DNA of 62,970 nt, filler included, from Craspedostauros australis (Eukaryota): the NCBI GenBank assembly GCA_030167865.1. It is 8 parts of 8 records of this genome, joined end to end, with 100 filler letters (N's around TTAATTAATTAA, not from the genome) between each part and the next. Parts side by side here need not be neighbours in the genome. Positions count along the whole stretch, not along the records: positions 38,222 to 54,358 come from JALAGF010000738.1; positions 54,459 to 57,524 come from JALAGF010000739.1; positions 57,625 to 59,418 come from JALAGF010000740.1; positions 59,519 to 61,389 come from JALAGF010000741.1; 4 more parts are not named here. One strand, 5' to 3'. Within the stretch, counting starts at the first letter, position 1, and every line of letters begins with the position of its first letter. The position numbers and the translations under genes were made by a program. A model generated the notes under the pieces. The model was not told the origin of the DNA and searched no databases. It saw nothing but the letters and a program-made list of their open reading frames with translations. Of this stretch, positions 46,912 to 59,519 are shown piece by piece.

Positions 46912-49608
46912 ATGGTGATGGAGAACCAAGGAGCCCAGGCCGATCACGGTGAGGAGATCGTCCTCGTGGAGGATGACACCCTCAAGATCGCCCGCTCCAG
47001 CTCTGCCTTGGACAAGGCCGAGGCCGCATTCGAGCGATTCACGACATCCACCCTGAGCAACATGAACGGTGCCGCTGAGGCAGATGCCCGCAAGGACGAA
47101 GGAGTTGAGAAGCCAACAACACCAGGCCAGGACGCGGCATCGCCCGAACGCCGGTCCGACAAGGACGTCGTCGAAGAGAAGAAGGACGATGTGCTCTCCA
47201 AGGATGCTGTGCCAGCTGGAACCGCAACCGATGCGCCAGCCGCCATCGCAACATCTATCAGCACATCTGCGCCAACCTCAACCATGGCAACGCCAACTGC
47301 CGGGGCCGCTGGTACACAGCCAGGCACACCGAAGGCGACACCAGAATCGCCATCCAAGGCTTCTGGCATCAACAACGCGATGCTGCAGCAGACCAGCTCC
47401 GAACTGGAGCGTGACTACGACAGCAACCCGACTGAGCTGTACATCAAGATTCAAAAGAAGGAATGGGAGAGCACTGTCAACCGCGCCAAGTCCATGCCGG
47501 ACGAGGCCCGCATGTGGGTGTCGCGCAAGGAAAAGGACGGCCGCCTTCGATGGCGCCTGCTCCCAATCCACGCGGCGATCATCTTCAAGGCGCCGGAGTC
47601 CGTCGTCGAGGCCCTGCTGGCCGCCTACCCCAAGGGTGCGGAATGCAAGGACGACCAAGGTATGCTGCCGCTCCACCTTGCCTTCCGCAACGGCTCCACC
47701 GAGGGCATCGTCAACTTCCTGCTCGTCTCCTACCCACAGTCCATCAACGTCAAGGACAGGAAGGGACGCATCCCGCTGGTTCTGGCGCAGGCCTCCACTT
47801 CCCCAAACCGCGCCGCCTTCCTCAAGGCATTGGAAAGAGGCCCAACCTACTACGCCTCGGCAGCCGCCGCAACTGAACGCGCTGCCGTGACGGCCGAGCA
47901 GCGTGCCATCTTCGACACCAAACTCATGCAGGAACGTCAGAAGCACGAGAGCCAGGCCAGCAAGATCCAGCAGCAGTACGAAGACGAGAACCGCTCCCTC
48001 AGACTCCAGGTCGAAGCCATGAAGGAGGAGCTCGTCAAGACTCAGGAGACGTCGCAAGTGCTGGTCGATCACGTCAACTCCCTCGAGGCCCAGCTGGCAT
48101 CGCGCTCCGACACCGAGCGCTTCCTTGCCACCAAGATTGCCAACCTCGACTCCACTCTCAAGACCGCCAAAAAGACCAAGGCGGAGGCCGAGGCATCCCT
48201 CACCACTGAGAACCAATCCCTCGTGGCCGAACGCGATGCCCTCAAGGTGACCCTTGAGGCATCCGAGAACAGGTACGCCGACTGCAAGGAGAAGCTCGAC
48301 AAATCTCTCGACCTCTACGAGACCCGCGAGAAGGAATGGGACGAGGCCGAATGCAAGCTTCTCGCGCAGATCAAGTCCCTCGAGAGGGACTGGGCCAGCG
48401 CCCAGGCCAACTGCGCCGTCCTCGAGGCTCAGCTCAAGAAGAAGATGAGCACGGAGCACGCGCTCGCCAGCCAGGTCAGCGCCCTCGCCGGAAAGCTCGC
48501 GGAGGCCGCCGTCGAGGCCCGCGACAACTCCAAGGTCAGCCAGAAGCGCATCAACTCCATGGAGAGCGAGCGCAAGATGCTGCGCCACTCAGTCCAGGAT
48601 CTCACCAAGCGCCTCTCTCTCGTGGCCAGCGTGCTGGACCAGATGACCTCGCAGCAGAAGAACATCATCACGGAGGCCAAGTACCAGGAGAGCCGCATGG
48701 CGGAGGCGCAGATCAAGCACTCCCAGATCGTGTCCGATGTCATCAAGCAGGAGAAGCTCTTCCAACAGGCCAAGAAGGAACGCCGTCAGATCCTCAGCCT
48801 CCTCGAGATGCAGGAGAAGCAGGAGAAGCGCAGCGAGGGAGATCGCGTCAACATCATGAACGCCATCGCACTGCAGGGCGATCACATGGAGGGCAGCAAG
48901 ACGGATCGTGACCAGATGGTCGGCAAGGTCGAGGCCTTGGGCAACGACATCCAGGGCATGCTCACCACCGTCCTCAAGGGCATCCCGAAGCAGATCGACA
49001 ACGACGAAATCCTCGTCGACGAGATGGTCAAGGTCTGCAACGACACCGAAGGGAAGCGCGATATCGCCGCCAGCGCCAACGCCGAAGAGAACCCCAATGC
49101 TGAGGCCGTGGCAGCCATCCTTGCCGCCAATCCACCAACCTCATCCGCTCCTCCGCGTCGATTCGCCCGTTCCACCACACCCAAAGCAGAACCAGCTAAG
49201 GAAGAGAGCAAGGATCAAGACGAAGCCGCAGCAACCGTGGTTGCGGCGTCAGAGGAAGACGACGACAACACCAACAACACCAACAGCAAGGCTGACGAAG
49301 CAAAGCCAGAGGATAAGGATGTTGCTGTTGACGCAGCAATCGCTGATGCCACCACCGACGCTGCCGCTTCAGACGAAAAGGACGAGACCGCAACCGAATC
49401 GCAGGTATCACCACAACCAACGGAGGCCGAGAGCACAGCACCGACCAGCAGCGCTGACGCTGTCGTGATCGAGAAGGAGGAGGAAGAGATTAAGTCGAGC
49501 CCCAGCGGTTTGGAACCAGAGGGATGCAAGTCGTTTGATGGCATGGATCATGACGCGCCAATGGATGACGGTGTGAAGGACAAGGTCGAATCTTTCAGGG
49601 ATGACTAA
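46912..49608 (+). CDS. Ankyrin-repeat plus long coiled-coil protein
   Basis: Ankyrin-like LPIHAAI, DDQGMLPLHLA, DRKGRIPLVLA, then ~400 aa of heptad-rich E/K/Q/L sequence and an acidic tail. Strong GC3 bias; first ATG at 46912. Confidence 0.88.
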   Translation: MVMENQGAQADHGEEIVLVEDDTLKIARSSSALDKAEAAFERFTTSTLSNMNGAAEADARKDEGVEKPTTPGQDAASPERRSDKDVVEEKKDDVLSKDAVPAGTATDAPAAIATSISTSAPTSTMATPTAGAAGTQPGTPKATPESPSKASGINNAMLQQTSSELERDYDSNPTELYIKIQKKEWESTVNRAKSMPDEARMWVSRKEKDGRLRWRLLPIHAAIIFKAPESVVEALLAAYPKGAECKDDQGMLPLHLAFRNGSTEGIVNFLLVSYPQSINVKDRKGRIPLVLAQASTSPNRAAFLKALERGPTYYASAAAATERAAVTAEQRAIFDTKLMQERQKHESQASKIQQQYEDENRSLRLQVEAMKEELVKTQETSQVLVDHVNSLEAQLASRSDTERFLATKIANLDSTLKTAKKTKAEAEASLTTENQSLVAERDALKVTLEASENRYADCKEKLDKSLDLYETREKEWDEAECKLLAQIKSLERDWASAQANCAVLEAQLKKKMSTEHALASQVSALAGKLAEAAVEARDNSKVSQKRINSMESERKMLRHSVQDLTKRLSLVASVLDQMTSQQKNIITEAKYQESRMAEAQIKHSQIVSDVIKQEKLFQQAKKERRQILSLLEMQEKQEKRSEGDRVNIMNAIALQGDHMEGSKTDRDQMVGKVEALGNDIQGMLTTVLKGIPKQIDNDEILVDEMVKVCNDTEGKRDIAASANAEENPNAEAVAAILAANPPTSSAPPRRFARSTTPKAEPAKEESKDQDEAAATVVAASEEDDDNTNNTNSKADEAKPEDKDVAVDAAIADATTDAAASDEKDETATESQVSPQPTEAESTAPTSSADAVVIEKEEEEIKSSPSGLEPEGCKSFDGMDHDAPMDDGVKDKVESFRDD

Positions 49609-51367
49609 GTGAGCGCAAGGAGCACAACTGCCTGGCGGGAAACCAATCGGACACAATGACGATCATGCCCGAGAGGACAACAGAGAGAGAGAGAGAAAGA
49701 GAGAAGACAGAAAGATGCACAAGAGAGAATGGCGAATGAGACGGATGAAGGATGGATCGGAGATTTGAATGCGTGTTTGTGAATTTGTGCTGTATCGTAC
49801 TGAATTGTGCAGATACCAAGTACCATAAAACTAGCGGAAATACAGTTGGTAACTAGCTGTTCATCTCTCTCCCTCGTTGAGAAGAGCATCGCGTCACGCT
49901 GACTGGACGGCAGGGCACCTCAATGCGCTTCGTTGGATGTCGATGGACACTGTTGAAAATGTGGCGCGCAGTGATATCTTCGATTCGTGGATGTCCCCGT
50001 GATCGAAGATTTGCTTCCGACACGATCGGGAAATTTCTGTGCCTTAAATTTTAGTCACTGGAATAATCCCACACCAGCATCATCGAGGAACGACACACCG
50101 CGCACAGCCAGAGACACAAGATGCTCATACTGCGTGCGAAGCATCATGTATGTGCATGTGCATGTGCATGGGAGCACCTTGGCATGATCGTTTGCATGTT
50201 GCGCAGACGCCCACCTTGAGAGATCGGCCTTGTTCTGCAACTTTAGCGATGTGGTGAATTTTCAACCACCATCAACTGCTGTGGAGGGACCATTCGTGGT
50301 GGTGTTGGAAGTATCAGTTGGTGCTGGTGCTCTCGGCTATCGAAGGTTCATGGAATACCCACCGTGGCCACCATGGTGATCACGATGACCAAGAGCGAGA
50401 GAGAAGCGGAGTTGGGCCGAGCATGATTGAGACGGTAGGCGGAGCCTGCAGCGAAGCCGTTGTTCATCACATCTTGCCCTCTGTCACTGTTTCCTCTTGT
50501 GTGGTGCAAGTCTTGTTCCTTCTTGTTCTTGTTCTGATTTGTGGTCATCAGAGCGTTTCACTTCTTACTTCCGATTGTAGTCTTGTTCGACGTTCGACGT
50601 TCGACGTCCGACTTAGGTTGATTTCTGTTCGAGATCGAGTTCATGTCCTCCGCTATCAAGACAACGTGTTTCCGGTGCGAGAGTGGAGGTGGTTGTAAGG
50701 GTCATAATTTCATAACCGGCCAGCCTCGTTCACCCCGATTTCAAGTCACGACCATCAGTCCCGTAGACAAATCTGCCCCAAAGACTAAATCAGTGTCCAT
50801 CAATCCATTGAGTCCCTCCCTGCACCACCATTTCTCTCCACGACCATTTTCCTCGTATCACCCCGTTCAGGGTTGTCATGTTGTCATTTGCGGATTGTTA
50901 AGATAAGCATTATGTATATCCTATTATATTGTGGAGAGTATAGTATACTTCTCATGCCATAGGATGAGTCACTGTGCTCCATTGTATTATATAATATTAT
51001 GCTGCATAGTATTCGCAAGTGTTGCTGTTGCCGTGAACCTTGGCGTGGACATGTAGGGATGCCACCAACAACACTGTGCTACTTGACACAACGCACACAA
51101 GGGAGGAAGCACACAACAGAGCCCAATCGTCCACAACGTGAGGAATCAACGCAACACCGAAGCTCTCACAACATCACGACCCACACTGTTGGATACCATC
51201 GCAGTCTGATATCTACCAACCGCAATGGCATCATTTCTGTCCACAGTGAGCACAAGCCATGTACTTGTGTTGTAAGATCTATCTAAATATATCTAACCCT
51301 AATGGACAACATGCCACATAGATTGCTAAAATGTCATGATCTCCAATTCAATATTGGCAGGATGATA

Positions 51368-52758
51368 ATAATAATAATAATAACGCACTGATTATCCCCT
51401 CATCAGAGAGCCGCCTCGAAAGCTTTAACGTCGCCGGCATACAGCAAACCGACTGCGCTCGAACAACCTACCTAGGCCTCTCACTCCTGGGTCTACCACT
51501 GGTTTCCACTCCACCGGGCCATTAAACGTACCGCACTGGGCATCCGGAATCCTCCGCTATGCGCTTCACTCTCTTTTTTGTGTTGTGTTGTCCAGCCGAG
51601 GGGCCGCTCGCCTGTTGCCGTGCTTAGCGCCGCGATCTGACTCGCCTTGCCCTCCCTGCCGTTGTTGTTGTCGAATCGGACCTCCTCCTTTTTCTTCTGG
51701 TGCTGGCCGCCCGTGCCGCTTGCACGTGCTTCACCCATGTCAACTGATTCGCTGCTGACTGCCGTCTCACTGCTGTTTCCGTTGTGAGAGTCAACAGCCG
51801 CGCGTCATCCCCTGCTAGGTTGCCCACGCCCTTCCTCCATTCTTTTTGTACTGCACATGCCGCCTCTCGCGCAGCCTTCGCTGCCGCAATCCCGGACTCA
51901 CTTTTGTGCAGCACCTTGTTTCTCGCCTCCCACGCTTTCCACCGAACTTCCCACAACCCCACCATCGCTCGTGCGATCCAGTTCGCCGCCGTCCCTGGCT
52001 GTTCGTGGAACTCCATCGTCTGCTCTTGCATTAATCCCCATTTCTTAGACCACCTGCCCTGCACCATTATATTCCATCCTATGCCTGCCTGTTCTTCGAC
52101 GGCCTTGCATAGTTGTGGCCCTTGCTCCCTCTCCAGCATCAGCCCGTCGCACCATGCTCCAACCTGTCTGACTAGTTCGTGCACCATCAATCCGCTTCCG
52201 CGCCCTGCCAGCATGCCCGTTTCCCATTCTTTCAGAGCTGCTCTTCGCACCGCCACTGCCGTTGGGTGTTGGCATTGCATGACATGATCCGTCGTTTCCT
52301 CACACTGCCCGCATATTGGGCACAGACTGTTCGCCCAAAATTTCCATTTGTGCATATTTCTGTTGATAGGCCCGAAGCTGCACGCGTGCTTTGCCACCCA
52401 CTGCCTGCGCCTTGTCGTGATTCGCCCCATGGCAAACCTTGCCGCCACAATATCCACTGCTGACATTTGCTCCTTATGGATCCGACCCACTTTGCGCTGC
52501 CATCCTGTAGTTCGTTGTCCTTGCACGTAGTTGCGGAGCGTCTCCGTCAAACTTGTGCACACCTTCTTATCGCCCAGCCACACCGACCACTCCTTTGCGT
52601 CCCACTCATTGTCGCCGCATTCCGCATCGCTCGACTGCGCTGCTCCAGCCTGCTTGTCGACTTCGTCGTTCCAAAACGCGAACTCATCCTGTGCAACGCC
52701 TCTGTCTCTCTCTAGTTGGTGGCTGTACACGTGCTTGTACTGTAGCTGTACTGGCAGC
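51368..52758 (-). mobile_element. 5'-truncated Ambal-like non-LTR insertion (second family) with (TTA)n tail and 19-bp TSD
   Basis: ORF 51624-52730 encodes the RNase H end (YKHVYSHQ..WNDEVDKQA) and CPICGQCEETTDHVMQC. (TAA)n on the plus strand at ~51366-51383. Flanked by CAATATTGGCAGGATGATA at 51349-51367 and 52759-52777. Confidence 0.9.
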
Positions 52759-53379
52759 CAATATTGGCAGGATGATACTCGACCTCACTGAATGGGGCTG
52801 TATGCTGACCCATCCACAGCTTCAGTTTTGCACATCTCTTGCTGCTTCACACATTCGCAAATGCATGTGTCTTGCCCAAGTGCAGTTTTCAACTGCCATA
52901 TACCAGATGAATGTGTTTGTATGTACGTATGTGTTGCTCCTCGCCATCTGCAGTTCATCTCCAATCTACTCTCCAAGCGTCGTCGCTTTTCTGCTTCCCT
53001 CTGTCTTCCTTTCTCCATTGGCTGTGCTGCTGGTGTCCACTCCTTCATTCATTGAATGCTCCACGTACCTATCTCAACCATCGCAGCATTCAGCGCAATC
53101 GTTTGCTTGCCTATCGTCTCATTGTCAATGCTTTGATGATACAAATGGCCATTGTAGCTTCCCACTTGCACCTTCTTTGCTTCTGGGCATTGTTGATGCA
53201 TTCCACATCTTCCTTTGCTTTCTTCTTAAGATCCATCGCTTCGTATGGCAGGTTACAATTGTCATCCATAGTCCCTGTTTCGTGAGAGTGCTCTTCCATT
53301 GCCTCAACTTCAGCCTCTGTCATGTCCATTGCTCTCCACATCCTCCAAGATCTTTTCCGACCTTCCAATGAAGGCAGAT

Positions 53380-53850
53380 CCTACCAGAAATGGTTCTTCA
53401 ATTTGGACTTGGAAGTCAGATACTTCATTGCAATGGCAGTGACATCGATGCAGTCGAACTTACAACAGCAACTATATGATGGTCGTGGTGGCGCCGTGAC
53501 TCGCGAATCAACGGGCAACGCTTCGATGCCAGGCTCTAGCACTTCAGCCGATCGATCGAACGATGGCCTGGTGAGCCCGATGAAGTTGTAGAACTCCATG
53601 GAGTCACTATACTCTCAAATCAAAGACCAGAAAGATAGCGCTTGATATTGGAAGATGCCGGAGCTGAGGTACCAACCCCTTTGCACACTTGTAGGCATGG
53701 TGTCGAGGATGCAGTGTGCCACAGCACACATGAGGAGGTGCTGCTGTGCAGAAAGATGCTCAAGAACGACAAGGATGATGGCAATCAAGGCAGCCTGGCA
53801 CTGACGATGATGGTGGGAAGATATGATCCGCTGGAGTTCATCAGATGATA
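53380..53850 (-). pseudogene. Decayed transposase-like fragment (possibly the N-terminal region of a PIF/Harbinger-type enzyme)
   Basis: EFYNFIGLTRPSFDR..KFDCIDVTAIAMKYLTS resembles the helical region preceding DDE_Tnp_4 domains. Contains stops and frameshifts; recognised by eye only. Confidence 0.3.
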
Positions 53851-53991
53851 AATACAGAGTTACACTAGGTGCATGTAAAGAAGGAGTTAAATTGCAACAG
53901 CCAGTTGCGATGAAACAGGTGGGAACGAATAATCAATTTGCAGTAGAGCACATCGGATCAATCTGGTGTGAGCACAAAGTTTTGCTCCGAT

Positions 53992-54358
53992 TGTTGGCAA
54001 GTTCCGCTCACGGTAACCTACGATCGTGGAAGATGGTATTGGTTGATAGTCGTCTGTTTGCTATTTCATTACGTTGGCACTCCGATACTCTCGGTGTCCG
54101 TTCGTTCTCTTGCCCGATGCTCTCGGCGCGTTAATCTGTTTCGTAGATTCGGTCTCCGACTATGAGTCGGTACGTGAGATCCTCTCTCGCTCCTCTCTGT
54201 ATTCTCTCTCTCTCTCTCTCAACATCGTGTGCTCATGCTACACGATACTCCGTGTTCGATGCGTGCTCCGCATCCGACACTCCGTTCATTCAGTACTGGC
54301 TTCTACTTCATGAGTACTTACCATTTGAAGTTCACCTTCAGTATCCATGATCTTCATG
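53992..54358. repeat. LTR-like dispersed repeat, copy B (cut by gap)
   Basis: Starts TGTTGGCAAGTT and is colinear with 1328-1690. Confidence 0.65.
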
Positions 54359-55122
54359 NNNNNNNNNNNNNNNNNNNNNNNNNNNNNNNNNNNNNNNNNN
54401 NNTTAATTAATTAANNNNNNNNNNNNNNNNNNNNNNNNNNNNNNNNNNNNNNNNNNNNGATCGGAGATGTGAAATGATCGGAGATGTGAGATGGTCGAGG
54501 AGCTGAATGAGCTCCCAACCAACGCGTTCCCGCGATGCATGAGAGACTGTGATCTGATCGATTGAACCGATCTGTGTGATGCCTACGACTCGGCGATGTC
54601 TAAGGCATCGAAACTATCAGCGGAGGACAACGTGCTTGTGTGCACGAACATGGGGTACTCGGTGGTGCATGCATGTCCATGGTGAAATTGCGATGAATGC
54701 AAGATGGATGCCTGCTAGACCAACAGAGGGACCCATGGTGATCTCAGGAGGAGATTGGACTTTGCAATTGAGAGCAATGAAGAGCTCACAGTTCAGAGAA
54801 GTAGATTCTAACAAACGATTAGCTTTCTACTATCACACCACCCCGGATTTCCAACATTCGTCATCATCCCGCCACACAAACCCTCGCGTTTCCACAGCAC
54901 CACGCAGAACGGGAAGAGGAATCACACAGATTTCTGCTCATCTGCGAGTATCATGGCCTACACGAATCGATTCATATCTACTCGAATATAAGCTTCTGTA
55001 CTTTCAAACTTCGTAGACTTGTAGATTTATTCACTACGTAAACGGCTATCATAGTGCAGTCTGCTGTTTCTGTTGCTAGTGGGTGTTGTCATGAATGCTG
55101 TGCAATCGTCGTTCTATGTTGA

Positions 55123-57270
55123 TCATTTGGTGCTTTGGCGCTTGTTGGAGCTATCTTTCATGGATTCCATCCATCCAATCAACGCATCCCTGTGGAGGTA
55201 AGAGGTGAGAGACACACCAAGCTCCTCCTTGCAGCGCTTATACAGCTGGTCAATGGTCTCCTTGGAGTGATTGGTGGCCAAATCAGTGCTGTTTAGGGCT
55301 GCCATGAGGTCGAGCAGGTGTTGGTACATGTTGTGGCCTCCGCCAGCTGCATGGAACACACCATGCTCACAATGACCCGAATGACCGCGCCAAGGCGAAG
55401 AGACGCAACGAAGATGAAAACAACCACACACATGCAAACAGCACGGGCACAAAGCAACAGCACAAAACAACAAAACAGATTCATAAATCAAACTAACAAT
55501 ATCTGATCGAACCAACAACATTGACATCACACAGCACCAGCTCTGGTTCCACCCTTCAGCTCATATCTGGGTAGGGAACCAATGCAGGACTGTTGTATCA
55601 ACAACAGGACAGCTCTGAAGAATCCATTGTCCATGAATGAACGTGCCTCTGGGAGTTCCAGGAGGACAGTCTTGTTGTTCATGAGCATGTGGATGCATGC
55701 ATCGAACAGGACATGGCATGCGTTGTCGTCAACGAAGCCCACCAACTCCATTACGAACGGCTTGTTCAGGCTGGAGTGGATGATGTGCATCTCTGCTGCG
55801 AGCTTCATTCTCCAGAATTCGAACTTGTTGCAGAGCAGGATGAGCTGCTAGAGTGAGTTTTGGGGTCAAACGAGTCGCGTAGCTCGTATTGGTCAAAGAT
55901 TCTGTGACCGTACAGTCACAAGCAACTGAGGCGGAGTGTTTGTGGCTGAAACAACACAGGGGAAAAAACGAACAGAGCATGTGTCTTTGTTGGATTTATG
56001 GTATGTGGTCATAATCTGGTTCACAACAAGGAGTGTATCAGCAATACACCAACAACAGATAATCAATAGAAGACTGTCATCTGTGTGCCTGAGAGTGCTT
56101 CACTTCACATCCTGAGCACGCAAGCAAGCCAGAATAATTCGTGCTTGAGGTTGTGGAGGTTGTCCAGGTCGGAATTGTGACGATCGAATACAATACTGCC
56201 AGTGTAGATGCAGCTGAGGACAATGGCAACATGCTTTGCACTGAATAGTGGCAGAGGAATGGTGACGGCACCATCATCGTTGACATGACTCACGTCTGGT
56301 GCATGAAGGAGAGACTGAGAAAAAGGCCTTCTTCTGGAGCCAACACCGTGCTCAGCAGTCGCCCAATTCTGGGGACGACGTGGGGCAGAATTGCGGAGTT
56401 GGCGCGGAGGCAATCATCATCACCACCACTTCCGCAGACAAAGGTCACATCGTTGTTGTCAGGTCCATTGTTTGGGGTGGTGCGTTCTTGGTCGAACCTC
56501 ACCCAAGTGTGCTTGCTCTCGTCGAATGGAAGTGGAGGACACGTCGTCACATGGGTGACAGTGAATGGCATAGTCAACTTTCAACGTGAAGCAATGGTAA
56601 CAGCGTGTTTAGAAAAGAATTGTATGATGTCCAGCTTCCCATTCCATTTTCCAACTCGATGGGAGTGTCCTTGTTGTGGTCTAGAGCTGTGATGTCAGCA
56701 CCATGCTTGAGGACAAGATGCTTGACTGTAGCAACGTGGCCATGCATGCATAATGCAGAGCAGAACGCCCCAATCGGTCTTGACCAGATAGATCAACACT
56801 CATGGCTTGCAGTAGTCCTTTGACTAGAGCTGCGCTACTCAACTTGCATACATGGATGAACGCAGTCATACCATTTTCATCTGGAACGTTCCCTCCGCAG
56901 TTGTGGTTCTTGGCAAGGTACAAGGCAACCTTGATCGAGTTGCGCATGCATGCGCCATGGATGGGTAAACAGTCACCACGAGAGGGCAGGAGTAGGCTAG
57001 TGCCAGCAAGGCACAGCGAGTATCGAGCGATGTCAAGGTGATCGAAGCAGCAAGTGGCGTATAGCGCGCAATACCCAGCTTCGCCCAGCGCATCCACATT
57101 GGCGCCACACTGCTCCACCACGAATCGCACGATGTCATGCGAGTTCGCACAGCATGCGTGGAACAACTACGACCGTCCCTTGTGGTCAGGGAGTTCGTTG
57201 ACATCAGGATTTCCAGCATCCATAAGATGCTCCTGGAAGACCAGGACATTTCCAGCAAAAACATCTGTTG
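55123..57270 (-). pseudogene. Decayed ankyrin-repeat gene
   Basis: Ankyrin fragments (GANVDA..GYCALYATC, GDCLPIHGAC, DENGMTAFIHVC, DRLGRSALHYAC) in 56681-57166, with frameshifts and further short broken ORFs downstream. Confidence 0.6.
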
Positions 57271-57954
57271 GAAATCCGGGGTTATAGTAGTAGACTAATC
57301 TGTTATCAGTCTGTACCGTTTTAGAACTGTGAGCACAACATGCTCATCTCTTTTCGATTCCAATTCACAACAAGCATGATCCGCAGTAGCCACCTGAGGT
57401 TACACCCTTTAGCTTGGCTCCTTTCGTCTGCATCTTCATCTTGCTTTCATCGTGGTTCATCGCTTGCTTAGCTGAGGATTGGAGAGCACCTACATTCGTC
57501 AAGTTCATACTCGTAGACCTGTAGNNNNNNNNNNNNNNNNNNNNNNNNNNNNNNNNNNNNNNNNNNNNTTAATTAATTAANNNNNNNNNNNNNNNNNNNN
57601 NNNNNNNNNNNNNNNNNNNNNNNNACTTCCCCTTTTGACCTGCCAAAGTCCGACACTGGAAGGCAAAGCCGGACACAACCGGACTTCATTTGCCCTCTAT
57701 TCTCGCTATAACCGTTCGCGCCATCTCTAGGGTATCTAATTTAGACATGTTCGCTTCGACTTCTTCCGAAGAGCGTCACATTTTGGCCATGAGTGTGACA
57801 ACACATCATCGGTTCCTTTTTTTATGTTGCATGATGCGTTCCCTCCATGCTACATGTCATGCTATACTCGCTGCTCCTTCAATTCTTCTGTGTTCATCAC
57901 ACCTTCGCACACACAGCTCCTCCACACGTTCGATTATTACTGACCATCGTTGCC

Positions 57955-59169
57955 ATGGTCAATCGTAATTGGAGTACTGTTCCCGAGCGGCAGGCATTGC
58001 AAGAAGCCAGCGCTCGATTCGAGGCTGCCATCGCTCAACTTGCAGACATCGACTTCCAACGTCTGGATTATGCAGGAGTCGCGATTTTGGTTCAGCACTG
58101 TAGCAACATCGTCGCATTGGGCCGTCATGTGCTACAAATGCAGCAACTCTACCTCACTCCATTGGGACCTCCTCCCGTGTTCACCAACAGGAATATTGCC
58201 ATCGCGGAACTGGACGACCGCGAAAGTGTTCGTCACTTTCGTTTCCGTGTGCGTGATCTTCAACGTCTGGCTGACCGTCTCTGGCCCAAATTCCAGGCAG
58301 TGTCCGGTGAGGCAGATCCTGCGTGCATTCAAGTGAAGAGTCGATACACAGTATCATACGAAATGGGATTGCTCATCATGTTGTTCCGTCTGGCACATCG
58401 CGGACGGCTGTGTGACATGGAGCAGAGATTCAGCATGGACAGTGTCCGCATTTCCAGTATTGCCTCCACTTTCTACTCCTACTTCTATGACATTGGCAAA
58501 CCGTACCTGAGTGACATCGGTTTGTTTCATACTCGATTCGCCGACTATGCGGAGAACAATCACCGTCTCACCCACGGCTTGGTGGACGATGTGTTTGGGT
58601 ATGTCGACGGCACGTTTTGGGAAACCTGTCGTCCTAAGGAGAATCAAGAGGACCTCTACTCTGGCTATAAACACGGTCATGGGCTGCACTATCAAGCCAT
58701 CGTTGCGCCAGATGGGTTGCTCATTCACTACTTTGGGCCGATTGCGGGTGCTCGCAGTGACGGGTACATGTTCCAGCAAAGCCAAATCGAACAGCGACTG
58801 GAGGCTCTCATGCCGTTGGATGAGAACAATCCTCCATATCGTCTCTACGGTGATGCAGCATATCCTACTAATCCATATATATTTGCTGCATACAAGGACA
58901 CTGTTCCAGGGTCCTCTGAGGCACAGTGCAACAAGGACATGGCGTCAGGACGCATCTGTGTTGAGTGGGCATTCAAGGAGATCACGAAGAATTTTCCCTT
59001 GGTGAGTGTTCGCAACGCCAACAAAACACTGCTGAATCCTCTCACACTCATTCATTTTGTTGCTGCGTTCCTCGCCAACATTCATTGCACCATGAATGGC
59101 AATCAGCAGTCTGCACGGTACCAATCGCACAAGCTGACATTCGAAGAATACATCGACCTGATCCCATGA
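57955..59169 (+). CDS. PIF/Harbinger (IS5-like, DDE_Tnp_4) transposase / HARBI1-like nuclease
   Basis: GYVDGT, YSGYKHGHGLHYQAIVAPDG, GARSD, LYGDAAYP, RICVEWAF give an intact D-D-E triad. The start is 57955 or 57847. Confidence 0.88.
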   Translation: MVNRNWSTVPERQALQEASARFEAAIAQLADIDFQRLDYAGVAILVQHCSNIVALGRHVLQMQQLYLTPLGPPPVFTNRNIAIAELDDRESVRHFRFRVRDLQRLADRLWPKFQAVSGEADPACIQVKSRYTVSYEMGLLIMLFRLAHRGRLCDMEQRFSMDSVRISSIASTFYSYFYDIGKPYLSDIGLFHTRFADYAENNHRLTHGLVDDVFGYVDGTFWETCRPKENQEDLYSGYKHGHGLHYQAIVAPDGLLIHYFGPIAGARSDGYMFQQSQIEQRLEALMPLDENNPPYRLYGDAAYPTNPYIFAAYKDTVPGSSEAQCNKDMASGRICVEWAFKEITKNFPLVSVRNANKTLLNPLTLIHFVAAFLANIHCTMNGNQQSARYQSHKLTFEEYIDLIP

Positions 59170-59519
59170 TCATNCANACAGTTANAATTAATGAGGTACA
59201 TATACATGTAATACGTATTGGACTAACTATTATGTAGTACTCATGGCGCGCGGGCACTTGTGTTGTGTGTGCTGTGCTGCGTACGATCAGCGAATGCTGG
59301 GAATGGTTTTTCTGATGGAATGTATTAGCACAACGCTTTATTCACCTGATTCGTTTTCTGATTAGTCTGTCCCGGTATGTGCTGAAACGATGCTTTACTC
59401 CGACACATGATTTTCGGCNNNNNNNNNNNNNNNNNNNNNNNNNNNNNNNNNNNNNNNNNNNNTTAATTAATTAANNNNNNNNNNNNNNNNNNNNNNNNNN
59501 NNNNNNNNNNNNNNNNNNG

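Noticed and set aside
47278..48588. 436-aa minus-strand ORF
   Set aside because: Antisense shadow of the ankyrin/coiled-coil gene.
51395..51430. CTGATGA on the minus strand as a hammerhead ribozyme core
   Set aside because: No GAAA or stem III in a suitable position, and the heptamer is not conserved in the other two families; it is part of hairpin 2.
54459..55025. Possible LTR fragment (short direct repeats; ~20-nt similarity to 57504-57524)
   Set aside because: Similarity is too short and both regions are cut by gaps, so no boundaries can be supported.
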